In this document: piece by piece, positions 47,096-57,447 of the stretch | How positions within the stretch are numbered: position 1 is the first letter of the stretch | Layout of the letters: each line of letters begins with the position of its first letter | Assembly (NCBI GenBank): GCA_947304405.1 | Contig: CAMZBB010000003.1 | Location: forward strand, 836-64,835 | DNA length: 64,000 nucleotides | Direction: 5' to 3' | From: an uncultured Clostridia bacterium | GTDB lineage: Bacteria > Bacillota > Clostridia > Saccharofermentanales > Saccharofermentanaceae | Notes under the pieces: generated by a model | What the model saw: only the letters and a program-made list of their open reading frames with translations | Database searches by the model: none | What the model was told of the DNA's origin: nothing | Program-made: the position numbers and the translations under genes

Positions 47096-48694
47096 ATGTA
47101 CAGGATAATGCTTGCAGACGACGAAGGAATAGTCATAGATTCTCTTAAGTTCATCATCGAGAACAATTTCCCGGGTGAATGTGAGGTCCAGTCGGCAAAG
47201 ACCGGCAGGAGCGTAATTGAGCTTGCCGAGACATTCCGTCCCGACATCGCTTTCATGGACATCAGGATGCCCGGCATCAACGGCATCGATGCGATGAAAG
47301 AGATAAAAAAGAACAATTCAAACATAGTGTTCATAGTTCTTTCAGCCTACGATAAGTTTGATTATGCGAAGGAAGCCATCAACCTTGGAGTGCTTGAATA
47401 CATCAACAAGCCGTTTGACAAGATGCGTATCGTTGAAGTCCTGAAGAAGGCGATGGCAGCAGTTGATTCAGAGAGAAAGAGCAGAAGGGAAGAACTCGAG
47501 ATCAAGGAGAAATTCGAGACCGTTATGCCTATCATCGAAAACGGCCTTATCCAGAACCTCCTTTTCCACGAGCACTTCAAAGAGGATATCGATAACTACA
47601 TGAACCTGCTCGGGATCAAGGAACAGTACGGTTACATGATGGTCATCGTCAGCGGAAGCGAGCAGGTTGGAAGCTACATGAAAGGCGCCGTTCCCGCGTC
47701 CATCGAGCTGCAGAACAACTACTCTGACCTAAGACTCATAATCGAAGATTATTTCCATGGCGTCATCGGTTCAGTGATGGGCAACAAACTGCCTATCCTG
47801 ATCCCGTACGAAAAGGACGAGCTTTCTTACAACAGGAGATCCGAGATCGTTGAGAAGGCAAGACAGATGTCCCATAAGCTGGCTCACAGTTTCGGAATCA
47901 AGTTCAGGATAGGAATAGGTTCCGTAAGGCCGATATCGAATATTTCCGAGTCTTACAGCGAAGCAATAGCAGTGCTCGTCCGTTCGGAGGAGCGCGTTGC
48001 ACACGCTGATGACGTCAGCGTCAGCTGCGAATACGATGACAGCTATCCTCTTCAGTATGAGAAGAAGCTTTTCGCCGCGGTAGAGGCCGGGCAGGTTCAG
48101 GAATCGGCAGATGAGGCTACCAGGTTCTTCGATTGGATGAGCAACAGCTCAGGCGGAACATTATCCGATATCAGGCTCAAAACACTTGAATTCGTGCTTT
48201 GGGCCGAACGCCTTGCGTACAGTAGGGGCGGACACGTATACCATTTCAGGTCCAGAAGCGAATACCTCCCTGAAGTATGTTCGATAGAGAGCCTGAGCGA
48301 GCTTCGTCTCTGGTTCGTCAAGCATATCGAAAAGGCCGTTACCATGATCAATTCCGCTCATGAGGACAAGACTGCGAGCGCAGTTGATAAGGCAAAGGAT
48401 TATATTGACGTCAATTACAGCAAGGATCTGTCGTTGGATGACATTTCGAGAAAGTTCGATATTAGCCCGTACTATTTTTCCAAGTTGTTCAAAAACAAGA
48501 CCGGCGTAAATTTCATCGATTACCTTACGAACATAAGGATCGAAAAAGCCAAGGAACTACTTGCTGATTACGATATCTCGATCAAGGAGATATGTCTCGA
48601 GGTAGGTTATTCCGATCCTAACTATTTCTCGAGGATATTCAAGAAGGTGACCGGCGTAACGCCCACGGAATACAAGGAGGTAACGCACAAATGA
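47096..48694 (+). CDS. response regulator with AraC-type HTH output (YesN type)
   Basis: Receiver domain (LADDE...DIAFMDIRMPGINGID) and a C-terminal AraC double HTH. Confidence 0.88.
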   Translation: MYRIMLADDEGIVIDSLKFIIENNFPGECEVQSAKTGRSVIELAETFRPDIAFMDIRMPGINGIDAMKEIKKNNSNIVFIVLSAYDKFDYAKEAINLGVLEYINKPFDKMRIVEVLKKAMAAVDSERKSRREELEIKEKFETVMPIIENGLIQNLLFHEHFKEDIDNYMNLLGIKEQYGYMMVIVSGSEQVGSYMKGAVPASIELQNNYSDLRLIIEDYFHGVIGSVMGNKLPILIPYEKDELSYNRRSEIVEKARQMSHKLAHSFGIKFRIGIGSVRPISNISESYSEAIAVLVRSEERVAHADDVSVSCEYDDSYPLQYEKKLFAAVEAGQVQESADEATRFFDWMSNSSGGTLSDIRLKTLEFVLWAERLAYSRGGHVYHFRSRSEYLPEVCSIESLSELRLWFVKHIEKAVTMINSAHEDKTASAVDKAKDYIDVNYSKDLSLDDISRKFDISPYYFSKLFKNKTGVNFIDYLTNIRIEKAKELLADYDISIKEICLEVGYSDPNYFSRIFKKVTGVTPTEYKEVTHK

Positions 48695-49734
48695 AAAAGA
48701 AGCCAGTAATCGCACTCCTTTTGGTATTCGTATTCCTTTTCACATCCTGCAGGAGCGAGAAGGATAAACCCGGCGAAAAGCAGTCAACAAAGGAAAATTC
48801 ATGCACTATAGGAATGAGCTTCGACTCGTTTGTTATTGAGCGCTGGATCAGGGACCGCGATGTTTTCGTTTCGACGGCCAACGGTCTCGGTGCAGAAGTC
48901 AACGTCCAGTCCGCCAACGGAGACATTGAAACGCAGATCTCGCAGATCAAGTACTTCATCAAGAGCAGGGTCGATGCGATAGTCATAGTTACAATCGATT
49001 CGGATGCCCTCACACCCGTTGTTGAAGAGGCTGAGAATGCGGGGATCCCGGTCGTTTGCTACGACAGAATAGTTAGAAATGCGGGATGCAGCCTTTACAT
49101 CTCATTTAACAATGAAGCGGTAGGCGTGGCTATGGGTAACGGCATCTGCAAGAAGATCGAAGACGGTGCCGGAATAGTCAAGGTCATGGGACCGAACAGC
49201 GATTATAACGTCGAACAGGTCATGAGCGGATTTGACAAGGCGTGCAAGAACCACAATCTCAAAGTCCTTGCCGGCTGCAATTGTGATGAGTGGAAGCCAG
49301 AGATAGCATACGAGTTTATAAATAATAATATAGATACCGTTAAAGAAGCCAAAGCGATCATGTGCGGTAACGATGCCCTTGCGGGAGAAGTCATCCATGC
49401 TCTTGCCGAGCGCGGTCTGTCACGCACGATCTATACGACTGGACAGGATGCCGATCTGGAGGCATGCCAGAGGATCGTCGAGGGAACACAGCTCATGACG
49501 GTCTATAAGCCCGTTGAAAAGCTTGCGGTGCTTGCGGCTGAATGCACGGTAAAACTCGCCAAACGCCAGCCTCTGGAGAATGTTTCAAAGTTCAATGACG
49601 GAAAACACGAGATACCTTATATTGCTATCGAGCCGATTGCCGTATATAAGGATAATATTGATGAAATAATAATAAGCAGCGGATTCCATCAGTACGAAGA
49701 AGTGTACATGAATGTGAGCGGTAGCAAAAAATAG
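48691..49734 (+). CDS. sugar-binding PBP1-family lipoprotein (XylF-like; sensor or transport SBP)
   Basis: Lipobox LFTSC and a periplasmic-binding fold. ATGA overlap with the response regulator gene. Confidence 0.7.
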   Translation: MKKKPVIALLLVFVFLFTSCRSEKDKPGEKQSTKENSCTIGMSFDSFVIERWIRDRDVFVSTANGLGAEVNVQSANGDIETQISQIKYFIKSRVDAIVIVTIDSDALTPVVEEAENAGIPVVCYDRIVRNAGCSLYISFNNEAVGVAMGNGICKKIEDGAGIVKVMGPNSDYNVEQVMSGFDKACKNHNLKVLAGCNCDEWKPEIAYEFINNNIDTVKEAKAIMCGNDALAGEVIHALAERGLSRTIYTTGQDADLEACQRIVEGTQLMTVYKPVEKLAVLAAECTVKLAKRQPLENVSKFNDGKHEIPYIAIEPIAVYKDNIDEIIISSGFHQYEEVYMNVSGSKK

Positions 49735-49908
49735 CATATTTTTTTCATTTTTGTTACATTTGAGGCAAAAATGTGCTAAACCCCGCTCCTGATTTAGGAC
49801 AATCAGTCAAAAATATCAAGAATCTCGATAAGTATCTCCTATATAAGTAATGTTACTTTGTATGTGGCAGGAATTGCCGAAACACTATTAATAGGAGGAA
49901 ATTTCCAA

Positions 49909-50961
49909 ATGCTCAAGAAAATTCTTGGAACAATTCTTTGTGCTGCTATGTGTGTAGCTGCATTATCAGGATGCGCTGGTTCCGGAAAGAAAAAGGTCGG
50001 AATCTCAATGCCTACCAAGGATCTCCAGAGATGGAATCAGGATGGCGATTACATGAAGCAGAAGTTCGAAGCTGCCGGCTACGAAGTAGACCTTCAGTAC
50101 GCTGGTAACAAGGCTGACACTCAGCTTTCACAGGTTGAGAACATGATCAACTCCGGTTGTAAGGTTCTCGTTATCGCAGCAATCGAGTCTTCTTCACTCG
50201 GTACAGCTCTTGACAAGGCTGCTGCTAAGAAGATCCCCGTTATTGCTTATGACCGTCTCTTGATGGACAACGAGAATGTCAGCTACTATGCAACATTCGA
50301 CAACTACAAGGTTGGCACGATCCAGGGTGAGTTCGTTAAGAAGGCTCTCGATCTTGACAACGCTGCTGGTCCGTTCAACATCGAGTTCACAGCAGGCGAT
50401 CCTGGCGACAACAATGCAGGTTTCTTCTTCAAGGGCGCTATGGACGTTCTTAAGGGTTACATCGATTCCGGCAAGCTCGTAGTTCAGTCTGGCGAGAAGG
50501 AATTCGAGAAGGTTGCTACAGCTGAGTGGTCTACAGCTAATGCTCAGTCCAGAGCTGAAAACATCATCAACGCTAACTATGCTGACAAGCAGATCGACGC
50601 TTGGCTCTGCTCCAACGACTCTACTGCTCAGGGCGTTGTCAATGCTCTTGACTCTCGTTATGCAATGAAGGATAAGTGGCCTGTAGTTACTGGTCAGGAC
50701 TGCGACATCGTTTCCGTTAAGAACATGCTCGCTGGCAAGCAGACAATGTCCGTATTCAAGGATACACGTACTCTTGCTGAGAGAACAGTTACAATGGTTG
50801 GCCAGATCCTCGACAACAAGACTGTTGAGACCAACAACACTTACAACAACAACAAGAAGGAAGTTCCTTCTTACCTCTGCGAGCCTGTATTTGCTGACAT
50901 CAACAACTACAAGCAGATTCTCATCGATTCCGGCTACTACAAAGAAGATCAGCTCAAATAA
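49909..50961 (+). CDS. sugar ABC transporter substrate-binding lipoprotein (ChvE-like)
   Basis: Lipobox ALSGC. KVGISMPTKDLQRWNQDGDYMK is typical of ChvE / multiple-sugar SBPs. TAGGAGGA RBS 9 nt upstream. Confidence 0.8.
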   Translation: MLKKILGTILCAAMCVAALSGCAGSGKKKVGISMPTKDLQRWNQDGDYMKQKFEAAGYEVDLQYAGNKADTQLSQVENMINSGCKVLVIAAIESSSLGTALDKAAAKKIPVIAYDRLLMDNENVSYYATFDNYKVGTIQGEFVKKALDLDNAAGPFNIEFTAGDPGDNNAGFFFKGAMDVLKGYIDSGKLVVQSGEKEFEKVATAEWSTANAQSRAENIINANYADKQIDAWLCSNDSTAQGVVNALDSRYAMKDKWPVVTGQDCDIVSVKNMLAGKQTMSVFKDTRTLAERTVTMVGQILDNKTVETNNTYNNNKKEVPSYLCEPVFADINNYKQILIDSGYYKEDQLK

Positions 50962-50973
50962 TTGATGCGATTT

Positions 50974-51018
50974 CAGCCCATTACAGGCGGGGGAAACCCC
51001 GCCTGTATATTGGGGCTG
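50974..51018 (+). promoter_or_regulatory. long intercistronic stem-loop after the SBP gene
   Basis: CAGCCCATTACAGGCGGGG-GAAA-CCCCGCCTGTATATTGGGGCTG with no strong T-run. Its position between the SBP and ATPase genes fits an mRNA-stabilising or partial-terminator role. Confidence 0.55.
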
Positions 51019-51094
51019 ATACTTACTCCCGTTTTTCGGGCTTTCTTACGAAACACAAAGGAACAATTTTTGATTTATATGAAAGAGGCGACAC

Positions 51095-52666
51095 ATGGCA
51101 AAAGTTTTGCTTGAAATGAAAAGCATAACCAAAACTTTTCCGGGCGTTAAGGCTCTCGACAACGTCAACCTGAAGGTTGAAGAGGGTGAGATTCATGCGC
51201 TGGTCGGCGAGAACGGTGCCGGTAAATCGACATTGATGAACGTTCTTAGCGGTATTTATCCGTATGGCACCTACGATGGCGACATAGTATACGACGGCGA
51301 AGTATGCGAATTTCATAACATAAAGGATTCCGAGAAAAAGGGAATCGTTATTATCCACCAGGAACTCGCGTTGGTCCCTTACATGACGATCGGCGAGAAC
51401 ATGTTCCTCGGTAATGAACAGGGAAGCAAATGGTGTATCGACTGGTATAAGACCTATGCAGAGGCAGACAAGTACCTCGCCATGGTAGGTCTTTCAGATT
51501 CATCGAAGACACTTATTAAAGATATTGGTACAGGTAAACAGCAGCTCGTTGAGATCGCAAAGGCATTGGCAAAGAACGCCAAGCTCCTGATCCTTGATGA
51601 GCCTACTTCATCACTTAACGAGACAGATTCAAGAGCACTTCTCGATCTCATGAAGAAGCTTCAGAGAGAAGAGAACCTCACGATGATCATCATCTCTCAC
51701 AAGCTCAACGAAGTCTCATACGTAGCAGATAAGATCACGGTCGTAAGAGACGGTTCCACGATCGAGACTCTTGATGCTACCACCGATGATATCTCGGAGA
51801 CGAGGATCATCAAGGGCATGGTAGGCCGTGAGATCACCGACAGATTCCCGAAGCGTCACGACGTCGAGATCGGTGATGTCATGATGGACGTCAAGGACTG
51901 GACGGTCTATCATCCGGAGTTCTCAGAAAGAAAAGTCTGCGATAACGTATCTATTAACGTCCGTAAGGGTGAAGTAGTAGGTATCTACGGACTCATGGGC
52001 GCAGGCAGAACAGAGCTTGCAATGAGTATTTTCGGCCGTTCATACGGAATCGGAATCTCAGGAGACCTGATCCTCCGCGGCGAGCCGGTCGTTTTGAAGA
52101 GCCCGAAACAGGCTATCGAAGCAGGACTTGCATATGTTACCGAAGACCGTAAGGGCAACGGACTTGTCCTTACCAATTCGATCCTTAGAAATACGACTCT
52201 TGCAAACCTCAACGGTGTCAGTAAGAACACGTTTATCGATAAGGATAAAGAGTACGAAGTAGCAGTCGAGTACGTTAAAAAACTTAAGACAAAAACACCT
52301 TCTGTTGATCAGCTTGTCGGAAACCTTTCCGGCGGCAATCAACAGAAGGTCCTCCTTGCGAAATGGATGTTCGCCAACCCGGATGTACTCATTCTTGACG
52401 AACCTACAAGAGGTATCGACGTAGGTGCCAAGTATGAGATCTACTGCATTATCAACGATCTTGCAAAGGCCGGAAAATCGGTTGTCATGATCTCGTCCGA
52501 GCTCCCTGAAGTCATCGGCATGAGCGACAGGATCTACATCATGAACCAGGCCAAGATCGTTGGTGAGATGAAGGCTTCCGAGGCAACGCAGGAGAATATC
52601 ATGGCCTGCATTGTTGGTGTTAGCGGCGAAGACAGCGGCGCTGATAGTAAAGGAAGTGAGGGGTGA
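51095..52666 (+). CDS. sugar ABC transporter ATP-binding protein (two fused NBDs, GguA/MglA-like)
   Basis: Walker [18 protein letters not shown], two Walker B motifs. 523 aa. Confidence 0.88.
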   Translation: MAKVLLEMKSITKTFPGVKALDNVNLKVEEGEIHALVGENGAGKSTLMNVLSGIYPYGTYDGDIVYDGEVCEFHNIKDSEKKGIVIIHQELALVPYMTIGENMFLGNEQGSKWCIDWYKTYAEADKYLAMVGLSDSSKTLIKDIGTGKQQLVEIAKALAKNAKLLILDEPTSSLNETDSRALLDLMKKLQREENLTMIIISHKLNEVSYVADKITVVRDGSTIETLDATTDDISETRIIKGMVGREITDRFPKRHDVEIGDVMMDVKDWTVYHPEFSERKVCDNVSINVRKGEVVGIYGLMGAGRTELAMSIFGRSYGIGISGDLILRGEPVVLKSPKQAIEAGLAYVTEDRKGNGLVLTNSILRNTTLANLNGVSKNTFIDKDKEYEVAVEYVKKLKTKTPSVDQLVGNLSGGNQQKVLLAKWMFANPDVLILDEPTRGIDVGAKYEIYCIINDLAKAGKSVVMISSELPEVIGMSDRIYIMNQAKIVGEMKASEATQENIMACIVGVSGEDSGADSKGSEG

Positions 52667-52668
52667 AT

Positions 52669-53922
52669 ATGAGCGGAAGTAATGTTTTAAAATTCTTGCG
52701 TAAATACATGATGATCATCGCAACGGTGGTGGTAGTCTTCGTTTTCTACTTCATTACCGGCGGTAAGAATCTGTATCCGAACAGTATCGATGCCCTGATA
52801 TCACAGAATGCATATGTGTTCATCCTTGGAACCGGTATGCTCCTTTGTATCTTAACAGGCGGTAACATCGATCTTTCAGTCGGTTCGGTCGTTTGCCTCG
52901 CAGGCGGTGTCGGAGCCATCCTTATGAGAATGATGAAGGGCATGCCTGAAGTTGCATGGCCCATAGCCGTTATCGCAATGCTCGCAATGGGTCTTTTGGT
53001 CGGCCTCTGGCACGGCTTCTGGATCGCATATGTCAAGGTTCCTCCGTTCATTGCTACACTCGTCGGAATGCTTGCATTCAGAGGCGTCGCAAACATCATC
53101 ATGAAAGGTGAAGCTGTTGAGGTAGATAACAGATCCTTCCTTAACATCTTCGGCGGCGGAAGTACCTGCTATGTTCCTGATTTCCTCAGATTCCTGTCAC
53201 CCAGCAGTTCTCTCAACGTGACCTGCTTTGTTTTGGGAATCGCAATTGCAGCCGGTTATGCAGTATTCACTTTTGTGAACCGTACAAGGCTTATCAAGAA
53301 GGGTTACAAAGTAGATTCTCTGGTAGCAGTCATCGTTAAGACTATCCTCATCGTTGCCGTTGTAGTCTGGTTCAGCTATAAGCTTGCAGGTTACAGAGGA
53401 ATTCCTACGGCTCTTATCTGGATCGCTCTTGTACTCGGTGTATTTGCTTACATTACAACCAAGACGACGTTGGGCCGCAACCTCTACGCTGTCGGCGGTA
53501 ACGAGAAGGCTACAAGGCTTTCCGGTATCGATACCAGAAAAGTCATGTTTTCCGCATATACGCTCATGGGTGTTCTCTCCGGTTTTGCAAGTATCGTAAA
53601 CATCGCAAGACTCCAGGGTTCAACACCTACATATGGCGTCGGTTATGAGATGGACGCTATCGCTGCATGCTTCATCGGCGGCGCTTCCGCTTACGGCGGA
53701 ACAGGTTCGATCGGCGGCGTTATCATCGGTGCTGCCCTGATGGGTATCATCAACCAGGGCATGTCTCTTGCAAGTACGCCCGTCAACTATCAGAAGGTCG
53801 TTAAAGGTATCGTTCTTATCGTCGCTGTCCTCTTTGACGTAATCATGCAGATGAAGAGAAAGGGCGGAAAGAAGAAGGCAACAAGTGTTGCAGGTGCAGA
53901 GAAGGGAGGTGCTAAAGCATGA
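52669..53922 (+). CDS. sugar ABC transporter permease (GguB/XylH-like)
   Basis: Polytopic, with the GGNIDLSVGS motif of the BPD_transp_2 family. ATG at 52669 follows GAGGGG. Confidence 0.82.
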   Translation: MSGSNVLKFLRKYMMIIATVVVVFVFYFITGGKNLYPNSIDALISQNAYVFILGTGMLLCILTGGNIDLSVGSVVCLAGGVGAILMRMMKGMPEVAWPIAVIAMLAMGLLVGLWHGFWIAYVKVPPFIATLVGMLAFRGVANIIMKGEAVEVDNRSFLNIFGGGSTCYVPDFLRFLSPSSSLNVTCFVLGIAIAAGYAVFTFVNRTRLIKKGYKVDSLVAVIVKTILIVAVVVWFSYKLAGYRGIPTALIWIALVLGVFAYITTKTTLGRNLYAVGGNEKATRLSGIDTRKVMFSAYTLMGVLSGFASIVNIARLQGSTPTYGVGYEMDAIAACFIGGASAYGGTGSIGGVIIGAALMGIINQGMSLASTPVNYQKVVKGIVLIVAVLFDVIMQMKRKGGKKKATSVAGAEKGGAKA

Positions 53923-55121
53923 ACGGTTTCAGCATGAAAAATGTTATGAAAAAGAACGTAATGACAATAGCACTTTTCGCTGTCTATGTATTGTTCGTAA
54001 TACTGGCAGCCGCGATCAAGGGCACAAACATGCTCGATCCGTCTGTCGTTACCTCTCTTATTGAACAGAACGCTTACGTATTTATCCTGGGTGCCGGCAT
54101 GCTCATGTGTATGCTCACCGGCGGTAACATCGACCTTTCCGTAGGTTCGTTCGTCTGCTTCGCAGGTGCCGTCATCGGTCTGTTCTCGGTCGAGAACAAG
54201 ATCATCCAGAATACGACCAGCACTCCTGTTACTCTTTTGATCATTGTCGGAGTCGGCCTCGCTTACGGCGCGCTCTTAGGATTCCTTATCGCTTACGTAA
54301 GGATACCTCCGTGGATCGCTACGCTCGCAGGTTACCTCGCATTCCGCGGACTCGGTACACAGATTCTGACAACTGCATCTACGACAAATGCTATTTCCAA
54401 TTTTCCTAAGTCTTTGCTGGCTATCTTCAGCGGCAAGCTTTTCGAGTCGGCTTGGGGCGTGCTTAACGTACCTTGCCTCATCCTGGGCCTTGTAGGTTCG
54501 GCTGCGGTTATCTTCATCAACTTCAAATCCCGTGCAACCAAGGTTAAGAAGGGATATCAGGCTGATCCTCTGTGGTTCGTTATCGTAAAGAGCTGCCTCA
54601 TCGTTGCAGTCATAATGTTCCTTACCGTTGAGTTCGCTCTTGACGGCGGTATCCCGGTAGTAGTTATCTGGATTCTGGCAGTCCTCATCATCTACGGCAT
54701 CATCACCGAGAAGACTACGATCGGACGCCACTTCATGACAGTCGGCGGTAACGCAGAAGCTTCAAGGCTTTCAGGTATCAACAACAAGCGCATCATGTTC
54801 TGTGCATACCTCAACATGGCGATCCTCACAGTTATCGCTTCGTTGATCGTAACTGCAAGAACCGGCGCAGCTAACGCTTTCGCAGGTCAGGAATTCGAGC
54901 TCGATGCTATCGCAGCTTGTATCGTCGGCGGCGTATCCGCATACGGCGGTGCCGGTACTATCGTAGGAATGGTAGTCGGTGCTACGCTCATCGGTGTCAT
55001 CAACCAGGGCATGTCCCTCGTCGGCGTTGACCAGGACTGGATCAAGATCGTTAAAGGCTTGGTCCTCCTCGGAGCAGTTGTTTTCGACATCATGTCGAAG
55101 AAAGGTAACAAGAAACAGTAA
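53919..55121 (+). CDS. sugar ABC transporter permease (second paralogous subunit)
   Basis: Same GGNIDLSVGS family. ATGA overlap with the upstream gene. GAAGGGAGG RBS. Confidence 0.82.
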   Translation: MNGFSMKNVMKKNVMTIALFAVYVLFVILAAAIKGTNMLDPSVVTSLIEQNAYVFILGAGMLMCMLTGGNIDLSVGSFVCFAGAVIGLFSVENKIIQNTTSTPVTLLIIVGVGLAYGALLGFLIAYVRIPPWIATLAGYLAFRGLGTQILTTASTTNAISNFPKSLLAIFSGKLFESAWGVLNVPCLILGLVGSAAVIFINFKSRATKVKKGYQADPLWFVIVKSCLIVAVIMFLTVEFALDGGIPVVVIWILAVLIIYGIITEKTTIGRHFMTVGGNAEASRLSGINNKRIMFCAYLNMAILTVIASLIVTARTGAANAFAGQEFELDAIAACIVGGVSAYGGAGTIVGMVVGATLIGVINQGMSLVGVDQDWIKIVKGLVLLGAVVFDIMSKKGNKKQ

Positions 55122-55156
55122 TTATTTGCCTGCTCAAGAATAATTATTGCTATTGG

Positions 55157-55184
55157 CCGCCGTGGTTTATCCGCGGCGGTTTTC
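55157..55184 (+). terminator. intrinsic terminator of the ABC operon
   Basis: CCGCCGTGG-TTTAT-CCGCGGCGG followed by TTTTCCTTTCTTT. Confidence 0.7.
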
Positions 55185-55227
55185 CTTTCTTTGTTGTCCT
55201 TGCCGAAAAGAAGTATAGAATTATCTT

Positions 55228-56262
55228 ATGAGAAAGCGTTCATTACCGTTAAATTGTCTGCACATTGTACGGCTCGTGGCTTTTCTGCTCGCAGCCGTTC
55301 TTTTGATATCTTCCTGTTCGAATAAGATAGCGCCGAAGGCGAAGAACGCGAGCAAACTGGATTATTCGAAGCAAAGCCTTTGGGCTTACCTGGGTGATAA
55401 CGGCGGGACTGAAAGCAAAGCCGCCGATTGTTTTCTCATCTGCCCGACGGTCTATATCGGAAGAGGCAGAGCGGACAATATGTCCGTTAACGATCCTGGC
55501 GTAAAGCGGTCATTTACAGCAGCCCTCAATGCCCAGAAGGGAATCTATTCAGATTGCTGTACCATGTACGCGCCATTCTATTCCCAGGCTTCGATCGAGG
55601 TCTACAGCCTTAAAGATTCCGAGGCCGGACAGTTTTTCGATATTGCTTATGCGGATATTGAAAATGCTTTTCTCTACTACATGCAGAACTATAATCACGG
55701 CAGGCCGCTCATACTGGCAGGGTTCTCGCAGGGCGCTGACATGTGTATCCGTCTGCTTAAAGACCACGGCGATGATCCCAAGGTCAGGAAAGTGCTTGTA
55801 GCCTGCTATGCGATTGGCTGGAGGTTGACAGATGAAGATGTGTCAAAGTATCCGCATCTGAAGACTTGTCAAGGCGAGAGCGACACCGGGGTCATCATCG
55901 TTTACGACTGTGAGGCAGAAGATGTCAAGACATCCCTGATCGTTCCCGAGGGGACAAAGACCAGATCCGTCAATCCGCTTAACTGGAAAACCGATTCCAC
56001 ACCCGCTGACAAGTCACTGAACAAAGGCTCGATAATGGAAGACGGGAGCGAGACTGCAAATCTGACGGGCTGCTATATAGACCCCGTCAGAGGAACGCTG
56101 AAGGTCACTGATGTTGCCAGGGGCGATTATCCTCCCGGTCCGTCGTGCTTTGCAGAAGGCGAATATCATATCTACGATTTCAGATTCTTTTACCGCAACC
56201 TTAAAGAGAACGTAGCAGTCAGGCTGAAGGCTTTTGAAGGTCAAGAGGGCAGTATAGTATAA
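55228..56262 (+). CDS. DUF3089-like alpha/beta-hydrolase-fold lipoprotein
   Basis: Lipobox LISSCS. YAPFYSQAS and GFSQGADM motifs. Confidence 0.6.
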   Translation: MRKRSLPLNCLHIVRLVAFLLAAVLLISSCSNKIAPKAKNASKLDYSKQSLWAYLGDNGGTESKAADCFLICPTVYIGRGRADNMSVNDPGVKRSFTAALNAQKGIYSDCCTMYAPFYSQASIEVYSLKDSEAGQFFDIAYADIENAFLYYMQNYNHGRPLILAGFSQGADMCIRLLKDHGDDPKVRKVLVACYAIGWRLTDEDVSKYPHLKTCQGESDTGVIIVYDCEAEDVKTSLIVPEGTKTRSVNPLNWKTDSTPADKSLNKGSIMEDGSETANLTGCYIDPVRGTLKVTDVARGDYPPGPSCFAEGEYHIYDFRFFYRNLKENVAVRLKAFEGQEGSIV

Positions 56263-56284
56263 TTTCTCCAGACGGAGGCAGTTT

Positions 56285-57160
56285 ATGTTTGAGAAAGAAG
56301 GAAAATGGTTCAAAGGGAACCTTCATATGCATACCACGCTCTCGGACGGACGGCTTGATCCTGATGCCGCGCGTGAAGAGTACCGCAAAGCAGGATTTGA
56401 TTTCATAGCGATCACCGACCACTGGCATGTCAGCAGTGATGTCCCTTCAAAAAACGGGAGCATGCTCGAGATCTCGGGCGTCGAGTACGACACCGGTGAT
56501 ATGCTGAATTCTAAGGTCTTTCATATTCTGGGAATTGGAATGGATCACCCCGCTTTTGACAAGGTTGACCATAACATACCTCCGCAGAAGATAATCAAGG
56601 CAGTCAGGGAAGCAGGAGGAATAGCGATCCTTGCCCATCCCGCTTGGTCGATAATGAATCCGGAGGATATTGCCAAATGTGAAGGCATAGCCGGTGCGGA
56701 GATATTCAACACGGTCTCAAATATGCAATTCAAAAACGGAAGACGCTCTGACGCTTCACAGTATTTTGATATATGGGCCGATAACGGTTACCTGATCAGA
56801 CCTTTTGCTTCCGATGACAGTCATTGGTACGGGGGCGAGCAGACGCAGAATTACATAATGGTCAAAGCGAAGGAGCTTACGCGTGAAGCAATAATCTCTG
56901 CGATCATGGATGGAGATTTCTATGCAAGCCAAGGCCCCGAATTTATTGCGATCAGACGCTCCGGAGACACGATCGCGGTTGAGTGCCGCGGCGCCTCGAA
57001 AATTCTGTTCCTGTCTAATTGTGTCTGGGATGCCCAGAGAGTCCAGGATTGTACGAACGGATTTGCAAGATATACTTTCTCGTCGATAGATAAATACGTA
57101 AGGGTTGAGCTTATCGCAGAAGACGGCAAGATAGCCTGGAGCGCGCCGATCGCAAAGTGA
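56285..57160 (+). CDS. PHP-domain metal-dependent phosphoesterase
   Basis: GNLHMHTTLSDGRL...FIAITDHW, typical of the PHP/CehA-like family. GGAGG RBS. Confidence 0.75.
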   Translation: MFEKEGKWFKGNLHMHTTLSDGRLDPDAAREEYRKAGFDFIAITDHWHVSSDVPSKNGSMLEISGVEYDTGDMLNSKVFHILGIGMDHPAFDKVDHNIPPQKIIKAVREAGGIAILAHPAWSIMNPEDIAKCEGIAGAEIFNTVSNMQFKNGRRSDASQYFDIWADNGYLIRPFASDDSHWYGGEQTQNYIMVKAKELTREAIISAIMDGDFYASQGPEFIAIRRSGDTIAVECRGASKILFLSNCVWDAQRVQDCTNGFARYTFSSIDKYVRVELIAEDGKIAWSAPIAK

Positions 57161-57181
57161 CCTGTAACGGATCTTTATCCA

Positions 57182-57219
57182 TAGAAAAAAGAAAGGGGGC
57201 TTCAAGTTGAAGCCCCCTT
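57182..57219 (-). terminator. intrinsic terminator of the pilin-like gene
   Basis: Minus strand reads AAGGGGGCTTC-loop-GAAGCCCCCTT followed by TCTTTTTTCTAT. Confidence 0.75.
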
Positions 57220-57243
57220 CCCAGATGGATATACGAATGAATC

Positions 57244-57447
57244 TTACTGCATTGCGTCTTCGATCTCACTTGTGAGGATAGAAATGGAAGAATTGTGCTG
57301 CGTTACTGAAGAAGCTGCAGCCTTAGCCTTGTTGAGGTATGTGCCGATACCAAGCACCAGAACGGCTGCGAGAATAACGATAATTGCAATAACGAGGACC
57401 ATTTCTACCAATGTGAAACCTTTGCGTGATTTTATAACCTTTTTCAT
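57244..57447 (-). CDS. prepilin-type N-terminal cleavage/methylation domain protein (small pilin/pseudopilin)
   Basis: MKKVIKSRKGFTLVEMVLVIAIIVILAAV is a class III signal (G/FTLVE). AGGAGG RBS 7 nt upstream. Confidence 0.85.
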   Translation of the reverse strand: MKKVIKSRKGFTLVEMVLVIAIIVILAAVLVLGIGTYLNKAKAAASSVTQHNSSISILTSEIEDAMQ

